64,000 bases of DNA, from contig OY776562.1 in NCBI GenBank assembly GCA_963675785.1, positions 1,664,001-1,728,000 on the forward strand. Reading direction: 5' to 3'. The notes under the pieces are model-generated. The model saw only the letters and a program-made list of their open reading frames with translations. It searched no databases and was not told where the DNA came from. Every line of letters begins with the position of its first letter. Within the stretch, counting starts at the first letter, position 1. Positions 18,789 to 26,618 of this stretch are shown one piece after another. The translations under genes and the position numbers were made by a program. The stretch comes from Anaerolineae bacterium (GTDB lineage Bacteria > Chloroflexota > Anaerolineae > UBA1429).

Positions 18789-20234
18789 CTAGGCACCTCC
18801 GGGAATGAGCAATCCGGCGGCGGCACTGCCCCAGCCATAGAGCAGGCCGGGAAACAACCCCAGTATGAGCACCAGCAGCACAGCCGCCGCAGTAGACCAA
18901 CGCATGGCCGCTGGCACCTGTTGTACGGCCATATCCAGCGGGGCTTGGCCGCTGTTTACGCGCACAACAAGCCATACCGCGTACATGGTCGTAGCCAGCG
19001 GTGCCAACAGTTCCAGCACGGCCAACAAGCTATAGGGCGCAGCAAACCCGGCCAGGATGATTTGCAATTCGCCGTAAAAGGCGGCAAAGGGCGGTAGCCC
19101 GGCAATAGCCATGGCGCCCAGTGCCAACCAAAGGCCAGCCCCGGGCAATACCCGGGCCAGTCCACGAATCCGCTCAATATTGCGCCGCGAGGTGGCCAGC
19201 ATGATCCAGCCCACGGCCATAAACAGCGCTGCTTTGATCAAGCCGTGGGTAACCACCTGCATCACGGCGCCGGTCAGGCCGGCCTCACTCAGCGTACCGA
19301 TGGCAAAGAGCACATAGCCCATCTGGCTGACGCTGGAATAAGCGACGATGCGTTTGATGTCGTGTGAAGAGATGGCCATCAGGGCGCCGTATATCTGTGA
19401 CACCAAACCGGCGATCATCAGCGGCACTTGCAAGGGCTGTAATGCCGCCACGCCCAAAATGCCCACGGCAAAACGCATCATGCCATAGGCACCCATGCTG
19501 AGCATAGCCCCAGCCAACATCACCGTCACCGGCATGGGAGCGATCGAGTGGGCATCGGGCAGCCAGGTGTGCAATGGAAAGACTGCCAACTTGACGCCAA
19601 AGCCCAACACCAACAAACCAGCCAACCAAGTGAGCGTCGTGGCAGGAATTCCTGCCGCCATAGCCTGGCCAGTCATATCGGTGGTACCAGAGTGAACCGC
19701 CATATAAGCCAGCACGCCCAGCACCGTCAGCGAGCCAAGCTGGGTATAGAGCACGTACTTGAACGTAATGCGCCCAACCTGCTCGCCACTGCCCCACCAC
19801 AAGAGCAATAAGCTGGAGGCTACCAGCATGAGTTCCCAAAAGAGGAAAAAGACCAGCGCATCGTGGGCCAACACGGTGCCCACCATACTGCCGCAAAAGG
19901 CAGCCATGAGCGCATAGACGACGTGCCCGCGTGGAAAGCTTTGTAAATAGCCCAGACCGTACAGGCTGGCCAACAGTGTTACGCTCAGCACGGTGATGGC
20001 AAAAGGCCGGGCCAGGGCATCCAGCACCAGGCTAAAGGATGGCCCGTTCTGAATCCAAGGCAGTGAGAAGGAGCTTGCAGGTGCGACAATCACTAAAACG
20101 AGGGTAGCTCCCACAGCGGTACAGGTCGCCACACCGGCGATGCGCGTCCGCTTGGTCAGCCGCGCGGGCAAGACGAAACTGATCAGGCTTGCCGCCCAGG
20201 GCAGTATCAGAATGAGAGCGAGCATCCAGGGCAA
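18789..20234 (-). CDS. Mrp-antiporter-like subunit (NuoM-like)
   Basis: FFLFWELM, KLAVFPLHTWLPDAH, KRIVAYSSVSQMGY, HGLIKAALF, GLPPFAAFYGE; start TTG 20234 (RBS GGAGG) or ATG 20225. Confidence 0.9.
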   Translation of the reverse strand: MPWMLALILILPWAASLISFVLPARLTKRTRIAGVATCTAVGATLVLVIVAPASSFSLPWIQNGPSFSLVLDALARPFAITVLSVTLLASLYGLGYLQSFPRGHVVYALMAAFCGSMVGTVLAHDALVFFLFWELMLVASSLLLLWWGSGEQVGRITFKYVLYTQLGSLTVLGVLAYMAVHSGTTDMTGQAMAAGIPATTLTWLAGLLVLGFGVKLAVFPLHTWLPDAHSIAPMPVTVMLAGAMLSMGAYGMMRFAVGILGVAALQPLQVPLMIAGLVSQIYGALMAISSHDIKRIVAYSSVSQMGYVLFAIGTLSEAGLTGAVMQVVTHGLIKAALFMAVGWIMLATSRRNIERIRGLARVLPGAGLWLALGAMAIAGLPPFAAFYGELQIILAGFAAPYSLLAVLELLAPLATTMYAVWLVVRVNSGQAPLDMAVQQVPAAMRWSTAAAVLLVLILGLFPGLLYGWGSAAAGLLIPGGA

Positions 20235-20244
20235 GGTTAGCCTC

Positions 20245-21558
20245 CTACAATAACGAAAATACAGCAACAAAAGCCAGCGCTAGTACAATCAGGCCGGCCA
20301 TCCAGGCCAGATTGGCCCGCAGCTTGCCCGTGTGCAGGCGGCGCAAACGGCGCCCTACCTCCAATGCTGAACGCTGTACATTGACAAAACCCTTTTCAAG
20401 GACATGCTCATCGATGGCGCTGGCCGCACGCGAGGCGCTCTCGGTCAAATGCCAAACCCAGGCATTGAGTGGCTCTAGCAGCCGCGTCTCGACGAATAAG
20501 GCCGCAATCGAAAGCCTATCCCATCTTGTGTTCAATGGGGCGTTATCAGCGTATTCGCCCCGAGCCTCGTCCACAACTCTTGGGGCAGACAGGATCATCA
20601 ATACCCCTCGCAGCGGCATGAAAGAATAGAGATAGGCATATGGCCAGCCCAGAGGCACAATCACCAGCGCAAGCGCCCCATGTGCTACTTCCAAATGGTG
20701 CAAGCGCAACCTGCTTTCGGCTCGAACAGCGCAAATCAGAGCCCAGATCATGATTCCGGCACCGGCCACAACCAAAGGAGTCGTCAGGTGCAGTGCCTGA
20801 ATGCCGCCCTCCAAACGATAGAGCAAATAGGCGCCCAACAGAGGTAGGCCCGCCGTAGCCGCCGACCATCGTTCAGGGCTAGCGATCTCGCCTGCAACGG
20901 CTAACCAGCGATCAAATGGATAGAGGCCCAGCTTGATCCACACTGCCAACAGGCCCATCAGTACTGCCAGCCAGGTGGTACCATCGGCTGCCTGGGCAGC
21001 GGCAGCCAACATGGGGGAGATGAGCAGCGTGTCGTGGGCCTGCCAGAGCACGATGATAGCCCCCAGCAAAGCCAGATCGCCCAAACGCAAAGTGAGAAAA
21101 GAGCCGACTAGATCGCGCCAATTGCCGCGACGTACCGTCATAACCAGCGTGGCCAAAGCAGCCGCCTCCAGAAAGGCATAGCGGTAGAGAAAATGGTTGA
21201 CGTTCAGCGCAGCAAAAGAGGCAGCCAGCAAGATCGGTGCAGCCAAAGCCTGCCACCAGGCCGACGCAGGTTGATCGGCATCTTGCCAAAGCAGCAGGGC
21301 ATAGCCCAGAATGGCCAGCCCGCTCAACTCGGTGCCGCGCTCATCCAGGGCAATCACTCCCGGCTCGATCCAGGGAATCCAGCCCAGATTGATCGTTGAA
21401 GCATCGCGGTGAACTAGGGCCACCAACGCAGCCAAAGCAACAGCTACCGCCACCATACGCAATAGCCGCGCGCGTTTGGCTGTAACCGGAGCAGGCAAGG
21501 TACGCAGCAGTCCTCCTGCCAAAGCCAGTGCCAGCGTTGCCATGATGAAATAGATCAT
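20245..21558 (-). CDS. Shortened NuoL/MrpA-like antiporter subunit
   Basis: FLE, RLGD, IKLGLYPFDRWL (variant of K.AQ.P...WLP), C-terminal LRRLHTGKL plus TM as in NuoL; only 437 aa. Confidence 0.75.
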   Translation of the reverse strand: MIYFIMATLALALAGGLLRTLPAPVTAKRARLLRMVAVAVALAALVALVHRDASTINLGWIPWIEPGVIALDERGTELSGLAILGYALLLWQDADQPASAWWQALAAPILLAASFAALNVNHFLYRYAFLEAAALATLVMTVRRGNWRDLVGSFLTLRLGDLALLGAIIVLWQAHDTLLISPMLAAAAQAADGTTWLAVLMGLLAVWIKLGLYPFDRWLAVAGEIASPERWSAATAGLPLLGAYLLYRLEGGIQALHLTTPLVVAGAGIMIWALICAVRAESRLRLHHLEVAHGALALVIVPLGWPYAYLYSFMPLRGVLMILSAPRVVDEARGEYADNAPLNTRWDRLSIAALFVETRLLEPLNAWVWHLTESASRAASAIDEHVLEKGFVNVQRSALEVGRRLRRLHTGKLRANLAWMAGLIVLALAFVAVFSLL

Positions 21559-21878
21559 CCGCGTAGCGTCCTGAGGTCATCCACCTCACCAGAGGGGAAA
21601 TAGCGCAAAGCGTTGATAGTAAGCGCTAGAACGATGGCCAACACGATGGTCTCGGCCACCAAGGCAGAGACCACCAGACTTTGCACTAACTCCAAGTCGC
21701 CCTGTACGCGGGCGGCATCCACAAAGTTGAGCAGGGCGCCCTGCAACATGATGTTGAGACCGATGACCTGTTTGAGCAGACGACGACAGGTAAGAAGACA
21801 GAGGAAGCCAATCAAGATCAGCGCAGCAGAGAGTAACGGGTTGACGATATCTAGCAGAGGATCGGGTAAAGACTGCAT
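21555..21878 (-). CDS. NuoK/MrpC/MbhG-like subunit
   Basis: Three TMs, LLKQVIGLNIM, QSLVVSALV, C-terminal LRG. Confidence 0.85.
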   Translation of the reverse strand: MQSLPDPLLDIVNPLLSAALILIGFLCLLTCRRLLKQVIGLNIMLQGALLNFVDAARVQGDLELVQSLVVSALVAETIVLAIVLALTINALRYFPSGEVDDLRTLRG

Positions 21879-21881
21879 GAT

Positions 21882-22112
21882 CTAACTCTCCTCGTCACGG
21901 CCGGGCAGCAAAGCGCGAATGCCCAAGGCCCCGGCAAACATGAGAGCCAACTGAAACAAGAGATCGGGCTGGCGGGATGTCCAGAGGGTGAAAAAGGAGG
22001 CTTCTTCACTCGAGGATTTTTCTCCCAGTAAAATGTAAAGGCCTGCCCCAAGCACCAGCAAAAGGATCACGCCGGTTCTGCCCAGAAGCAGGTCAATGAG
22101 TTTGGACTTCAT
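21882..22112 (-). CDS. Small membrane subunit (MbhE/MrpB-fragment-like)
   Basis: 76 aa, two TMs, LW..R..DL..Q...FAGALG pattern; position in operon. Confidence 0.65.
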   Translation of the reverse strand: MKSKLIDLLLGRTGVILLLVLGAGLYILLGEKSSSEEASFFTLWTSRQPDLLFQLALMFAGALGIRALLPGRDEES

Positions 22113-22138
22113 CGTCTCCCCACAGTTTTATGGCCGGG

Positions 22139-22420
22139 TTAAACCCCGGGGCTATTGTCACGGGTCTCTTGTTTGCGCCGTTTGCCGATGGATTCGGCCA
22201 AGCTAAGAGCGATGATAAAAAGCGTGCTCACCAATCCAGCGCCCACAGAAAGCTGAATAGCAGCAGCATAAGGCGCCTGCAGTAGGTAGAACATCAAAGC
22301 CAAGCCGCTGCTGGCCACAATGAGAGCCCCAGCTGCTCGGATGAGTTCCCTGGTACGAACGGCTACAATCGCCGCCGTCAGGACAAGTGCTGCTGCTACC
22401 AGATATGCTGTCGTCATCAC
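22139..22420 (-). CDS. Small membrane subunit (DUF4040/MbhD/NuoJ N-half-like)
   Basis: RELIRAA, FYLLQAPYAAAIQLSVGAGL. Confidence 0.75.
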   Translation of the reverse strand: MMTTAYLVAAALVLTAAIVAVRTRELIRAAGALIVASSGLALMFYLLQAPYAAAIQLSVGAGLVSTLFIIALSLAESIGKRRKQETRDNSPGV

Positions 22421-22487
22421 TCACTCTGTTGTATTGAAGAAAAAACCGCGTCGGTCTGCCATGGCCGGTGCGGTCTATCTTTTATAT

Positions 22488-22516
22488 ATCATAGCATAGC
22501 AGGCGGCAACAGGCAA
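22488..22516 (-). promoter_or_regulatory. Putative promoter of hydrogenase operon
   Basis: Minus strand TTGCCT-17 nt-TATGAT with TGn extension. Confidence 0.5.
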
Positions 22517-22524
22517 CCAACATG

Positions 22525-22552
22525 AAAAAAGCGCCCCGCAACAGCGGGGCGC
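22525..22552 (-). terminator. Intrinsic terminator after polyferredoxin gene
   Basis: Minus strand GCGCCCCGC-loop-GCGGGGCGC followed by TTTTTT. Confidence 0.85.
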
Positions 22553-22566
22553 TCAGGAAAACAGGA

Positions 22567-23346
22567 CTATCTACAACAGAGTGTGCCTTCACGGGGACAG
22601 GCGCCGGTGCATTCCATGCAGCGAATGCATTCCATGCTGCGCTCTACCTCGGTAGATGGGTCAATATCCATGGGACAGATGGCTTCACAACGCCCGCAAG
22701 AGACACAACTGGTCTCATCGGCCTTGATGCGCCAACGAGAGAATAAGTTGGTGACGGAGAGCACCGCCCCCAGAGGACAAGCATAGCGGCACCAAAAACG
22801 CTCAATAGCGATGGACCAAATCAGGAATACGACGACCACGCCAGCACCCAGGGCACTGCCTACATTCATGGTGAACAAGGTACGGTAGGGACAAAAGGCC
22901 ATGAGGGGCGGCACCACAGCGGTGATGCTGGCATAGATCACCCAGCCCAGCACCAGCCACTTGACCCAGCGCATAGGACGGTCGAGCCAACGCGGCAGAT
23001 GAATGGGCAACCAGTGCTTGCGCCCACCGGTAATGCGCCGCAAAAAGCGGCTAATCCAACCCTGTACCGTGCCCAAGGGGCAAAACCAACCACAGAACAC
23101 CCGACCAAAGAGAACCCCAGAGATCAACACTAGCCCCAGCAACACCAAATTGATGATGCTGGTATAGCGTAAAACGGTGCCTGAAGTAAGAAAAGTTGAG
23201 ATCAACTCAATGCCACCCATGGCGCAAATGGCGTCAAAGGAAGCAATGAGCCCCAGTGAAAAGGCTATGCCGATGCCGATGGCAATGAGTAAGCCAATAC
23301 CCTGCGAGATGCGGCGGTAGATCTGAAGGCGATTCTTGGCCGCCAT
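22567..23346 (-). CDS. Membrane 4Fe-4S polyferredoxin (NapH/FixG/MauN-like)
   Basis: FCGWFCPLG, FCP, WCRYACPLG, CVSCGRCEAICP, CIRCMECTGACP, several TMs. Confidence 0.9.
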   Translation of the reverse strand: MAAKNRLQIYRRISQGIGLLIAIGIGIAFSLGLIASFDAICAMGGIELISTFLTSGTVLRYTSIINLVLLGLVLISGVLFGRVFCGWFCPLGTVQGWISRFLRRITGGRKHWLPIHLPRWLDRPMRWVKWLVLGWVIYASITAVVPPLMAFCPYRTLFTMNVGSALGAGVVVVFLIWSIAIERFWCRYACPLGAVLSVTNLFSRWRIKADETSCVSCGRCEAICPMDIDPSTEVERSMECIRCMECTGACPREGTLCCR

Positions 23347-24173
23347 CAGTGACTGCCCCTGCCGGAGCCACTGGAAGAACTGGAAAGCTGCTCATAGAGT
23401 GCGGGCTCGGAGTAATCACAATAGCCATTGCCGTTGGAATCGACATAGTCATGGCACAAGCCGGGATAAGGATCCCAAACCTGCCCTTTGGGACAGGCTA
23501 CTTGCCCAGTGACGCTGGTATCGACGGTGGAATCGGATGTCACAGCAGGCACGGCGGTTGCCGTCGCTGTTGCGACCGCAGTTGTGGCCGTTTCCTCGAT
23601 CAAAGTATCTGATGATTCTTCGGGCTCAGACAGGTCGCAAATGGCGTTGTTGTTCAGATCGCAATAGCGATTGCACTGACCCGGGAAGGGATCATTCAAT
23701 ATGCCAAAAGGACAAGCAACCACAACAGCAGCAGTCGCCGTTGCTTCGGCGGTAGCCTCAGCAGTTGCGGATGATTCTGTTGTTGCATCCGGTGTAGCCG
23801 TGGCCATTGAATCAGCCGCAGGTTCGGAATAGTCGCAATAGCCGCTGCCGGTGGTATCCACGTAATTGAGGCACTGGCCGGGGTAGGCATCGTACTGTAA
23901 TCCAAAGGGGCAAGTGGAGACGAAACTGGAATCCACAGTTACCGTTGCAACAGCCGCTGCCGCAGCCGTCGTGGCGCTGGATGATTCTATGCGGTCGCAC
24001 AATGCGTTGCCATTGGCATCGTAACAGGCAGCACAGGGGCCAGTGCAAATGCCATCAGCCGAAATGGGGCAATCGCTCACGATGTAAAGTCCACCCATGG
24101 CTCCGGTAGCAACCACGCCTCCGGCAAGCACCAGGAACTGTCGGCGGTCGAGTTTTCGTTTCTTGGGGACCAT
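23346..24173 (-). CDS. Tat-exported protein with four Cys/Asp-rich repeats and Ala/Thr linkers
   Basis: Twin-arginine signal LDRRQFL plus hydrophobic stretch; repeats CPxG..D(P/A)(Y/F)PGxC..YxDxxxxxxCDxSEP; TGATG overlap with the polyferredoxin; start ATG 24173. Confidence 0.8.
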   Translation of the reverse strand: MVPKKRKLDRRQFLVLAGGVVATGAMGGLYIVSDCPISADGICTGPCAACYDANGNALCDRIESSSATTAAAAAVATVTVDSSFVSTCPFGLQYDAYPGQCLNYVDTTGSGYCDYSEPAADSMATATPDATTESSATAEATAEATATAAVVVACPFGILNDPFPGQCNRYCDLNNNAICDLSEPEESSDTLIEETATTAVATATATAVPAVTSDSTVDTSVTGQVACPKGQVWDPYPGLCHDYVDSNGNGYCDYSEPALYEQLSSSSSGSGRGSH

Positions 24174-24290
24174 TATACCCTTCCTGTGTATGGTTGGATA
24201 AAGCATATTAGATGACTATAGTATAAGGAATAAATGTTCGTGAAATGTTAAGAGTCAATCAGGATGTTGCATAGTTAAAGCTGTTCTTAC

Positions 24291-24337
24291 AGAGCATCTC
24301 CGGGAGGGCAACCAGAGGTTGTTCCCGGAGATGCTCT
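24291..24337. terminator. Long GC-rich hairpin downstream of anti-sigma gene
   Basis: AGAGCATCTCCGGGA...TCCCGGAGATGCTCT, 15-bp perfect outer stem; weak U-tract. Confidence 0.6.
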
Positions 24338-24386
24338 ATTTACTGCTGTGAATCAAGGGACAAGGTGCAGAATGAGCACATCCTCA

Positions 24387-24674
24387 TCAGAGGGTTTGGA
24401 GGGCGACGAGCAATGCGGTAAATTCCCTGCGGCAATCCGGGCAGGAAGCCAGATGCTGCGCCACTCGCGGCATAGCCTCGTCCGCCGAGAGCCCAGCCAA
24501 TGTGAGTTCCGCATAGCGATCGACTTGTGCCAAACATTCGTCGCAGGTCAGCTCGTCGTTTGGGGTTTCCAAACACCGCCTAACAAGGTTCTTGAGTGCG
24601 TCCAAATCCATCTGCCCTATCTCCCCTATGTCATCAACGATAGGGTCAGAGGCGAAATTCTTACGAAAAACCAT
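24387..24674 (-). CDS. Zinc-binding anti-sigma factor (ZAS, zf-HC2-like)
   Basis: CDEC and HLASCPDC (HxxxCxxC); directly downstream of ECF sigma; true start may be ATG 24611. Confidence 0.8.
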   Translation of the reverse strand: MVFRKNFASDPIVDDIGEIGQMDLDALKNLVRRCLETPNDELTCDECLAQVDRYAELTLAGLSADEAMPRVAQHLASCPDCRREFTALLVALQTL

Positions 24675-25317
24675 TCAGGATTTCCTCAGCCGATATCCCC
24701 GTGGCCAGCAGTGTATCGCGCAGCTTGACCCGAGCGTCATGGACAAGTTTATACAGAGCATTGCTGTTGGTATCCATACTTGCCGCCACCTCGGCAACGG
24801 GAATACCCTGCAAATGTACAGCCAAAAGCGCTTCACGCTGGCGCGGTGAAAGCTCTTTCAGAGCCTGGCCTAATGTATTGAGTAGATCATCCTGTACAGT
24901 GCGCTGCTCCGGATCAGGGGTCGAAATGCTCAAACGGGCAATGAGCGCCGGAAAATCATCACTCCGTTCGGCCTCTAGCGGAACATCGCGCCAACGCATA
25001 CGGCGCAGCTCGCTATAGACGGCGTGCACGGTTATCTTGGTCGCCCAGGTGGTAAAACGCGCCTCGCCGCGATAGGTATCAATGTGTTCGATGATGCGCA
25101 ACAACGAATCCTGTATCAAGTCTTCGAGGTCGGCTTCGGTAAGGGGTGTATTGGCAAAAGCCCTGATCATGCCCCGCAACAAAATGACACGCAGATCCTG
25201 AATGGCCATAGCTTGCTGAGGTACACCAGCCTTGAGTTCGGCCACCCAGTCCGCATCGCTCCGTTCCGGCATTGAACCGGCTTCGAGGGACGCCCTCTGC
25301 ATGTCATCCCTTTCCAT
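24661..25317 (-). CDS. ECF sigma-70 factor
   Basis: Region 2 EDLIQDSLL...F.TWATKI; region 4 LSPRQREAL...EVA..M.....ALYKLVHDARVKLR. Confidence 0.92.
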   Translation of the reverse strand: MERDDMQRASLEAGSMPERSDADWVAELKAGVPQQAMAIQDLRVILLRGMIRAFANTPLTEADLEDLIQDSLLRIIEHIDTYRGEARFTTWATKITVHAVYSELRRMRWRDVPLEAERSDDFPALIARLSISTPDPEQRTVQDDLLNTLGQALKELSPRQREALLAVHLQGIPVAEVAASMDTNSNALYKLVHDARVKLRDTLLATGISAEEILNGFS

Positions 25318-25325
25318 TTCGCTGC

Positions 25326-26582
25326 CTACTTGCCATCGAGTTCAAGGCGCTTGAAACCACCAAAAGGCATAAAGATCGTCTCTCCCGGTGTGGTTTTCAG
25401 GCTGGCACGCAACGGTGTCTTTTCACAAATACCCGCCATGGCGCTGAGCTGTGTCTTTTTGCAGTCACTGGCCTTTTGCAAACCCTTGACCTGCGCCTTT
25501 TTCAAGCCTTCTATGACCAGTTCGCCATCAGGCAGATTGCGAGCACGCAGTGTCGGGGTTTCCGGCGCCACATCCAGAGCAGCATCACGCACAAAATCAG
25601 CAATGAGTAGATCATCCGAGGCCGTCTCCAGCACGATGAGCGGGTTGGCGTTATTGCTGGCCTTCCAAGTGTGCACATCACGGATAGAGACGCGAGTGAC
25701 TGCGCCAACACCATTGGCCACCGCAGGATCGTCGGGATCAAAGATGGGCGTTGCGCAATAGCGGGCAGCGTCCATATTGATGGCATGGCAGTTCACGCCG
25801 CCGCTCAAGTTGGAGATACGCACATCCTCGATGGGGGCATTGACGCTGAGTAAGCGAACCAACGTATGGCAACGCTGCACTTGAACGTCATCCACCTGAA
25901 TGCGACGGATGGGACCGCGATCCATGCCCAGATTGAGCACGCGGGTGACACAATCATCGGCATTGAACGCCAATACGTCATCGTTAGGCACCGAGGGCCC
26001 ATAAGCTCGCAAGTGGCGGATGACGCCGTCTTCACAATAGCCACCAAGATGAATGCCATCATGGTTGGGGCGCACATGCGGCGCCTCAAAAGTGATGCCC
26101 TCGATGGTAAAATTACTCACATGCCCCAGGCGAACAAAAAAAGCCTCGGGGTCACGCAGGGTCATGTTACGCAACCTAAAGTTTTGTGCCTCAAAAAAGT
26201 TGATGAGCGTGCCGGTATAGCTGCCTGGCTTTTCGGGGCCGCGCGGGTTTCCGGGGTTGTTGCCATCCCAAATGCCGCCTTCAATCGTAAAGCCCACCGC
26301 ATCCCGCTCGTTGGTCAGCAAAAAGCTGTCGCTATCTACGCCGGCGCCATCCGCCATGTAGAGTCGGGCCAGCGGATGCACCACCAAGCGAGTGTTAGAA
26401 GCCACACGCAGGGTTTTGCCGATGCAGTACGTACCGTAAGGGATGGTTACCAACGGCTCGCCCGAATCCAAGGCCCTTTGGATCGCCGCGCTGTCGTCAG
26501 CCTCACCATTGCCCACGGCACCCATATCCAGCACATTGATGCCAAAGGTTTCGTTGCTCATTACATCGTCCCAATCTGCCAT
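25326..26582 (-). CDS. Right-handed beta-helix protein (pectate_lyase_3/GH28-related)
   Basis: NVLDMGAVGNG..DDSAAIQRAL, IPYGTY, NHDGIH, DD..A. Confidence 0.8.
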   Translation of the reverse strand: MADWDDVMSNETFGINVLDMGAVGNGEADDSAAIQRALDSGEPLVTIPYGTYCIGKTLRVASNTRLVVHPLARLYMADGAGVDSDSFLLTNERDAVGFTIEGGIWDGNNPGNPRGPEKPGSYTGTLINFFEAQNFRLRNMTLRDPEAFFVRLGHVSNFTIEGITFEAPHVRPNHDGIHLGGYCEDGVIRHLRAYGPSVPNDDVLAFNADDCVTRVLNLGMDRGPIRRIQVDDVQVQRCHTLVRLLSVNAPIEDVRISNLSGGVNCHAINMDAARYCATPIFDPDDPAVANGVGAVTRVSIRDVHTWKASNNANPLIVLETASDDLLIADFVRDAALDVAPETPTLRARNLPDGELVIEGLKKAQVKGLQKASDCKKTQLSAMAGICEKTPLRASLKTTPGETIFMPFGGFKRLELDGK

Positions 26583-26618
26583 GATGTCTCTCCTGATTGC
26601 TTCAATCTGTTAGCAAAG

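Noticed and set aside
23400-24070. DNA repeats as a CRISPR array or ncRNA array
   Set aside because: Repeats are conserved at the protein level with synonymous divergence, lie in frame within a CDS, and no cas genes are in the window.
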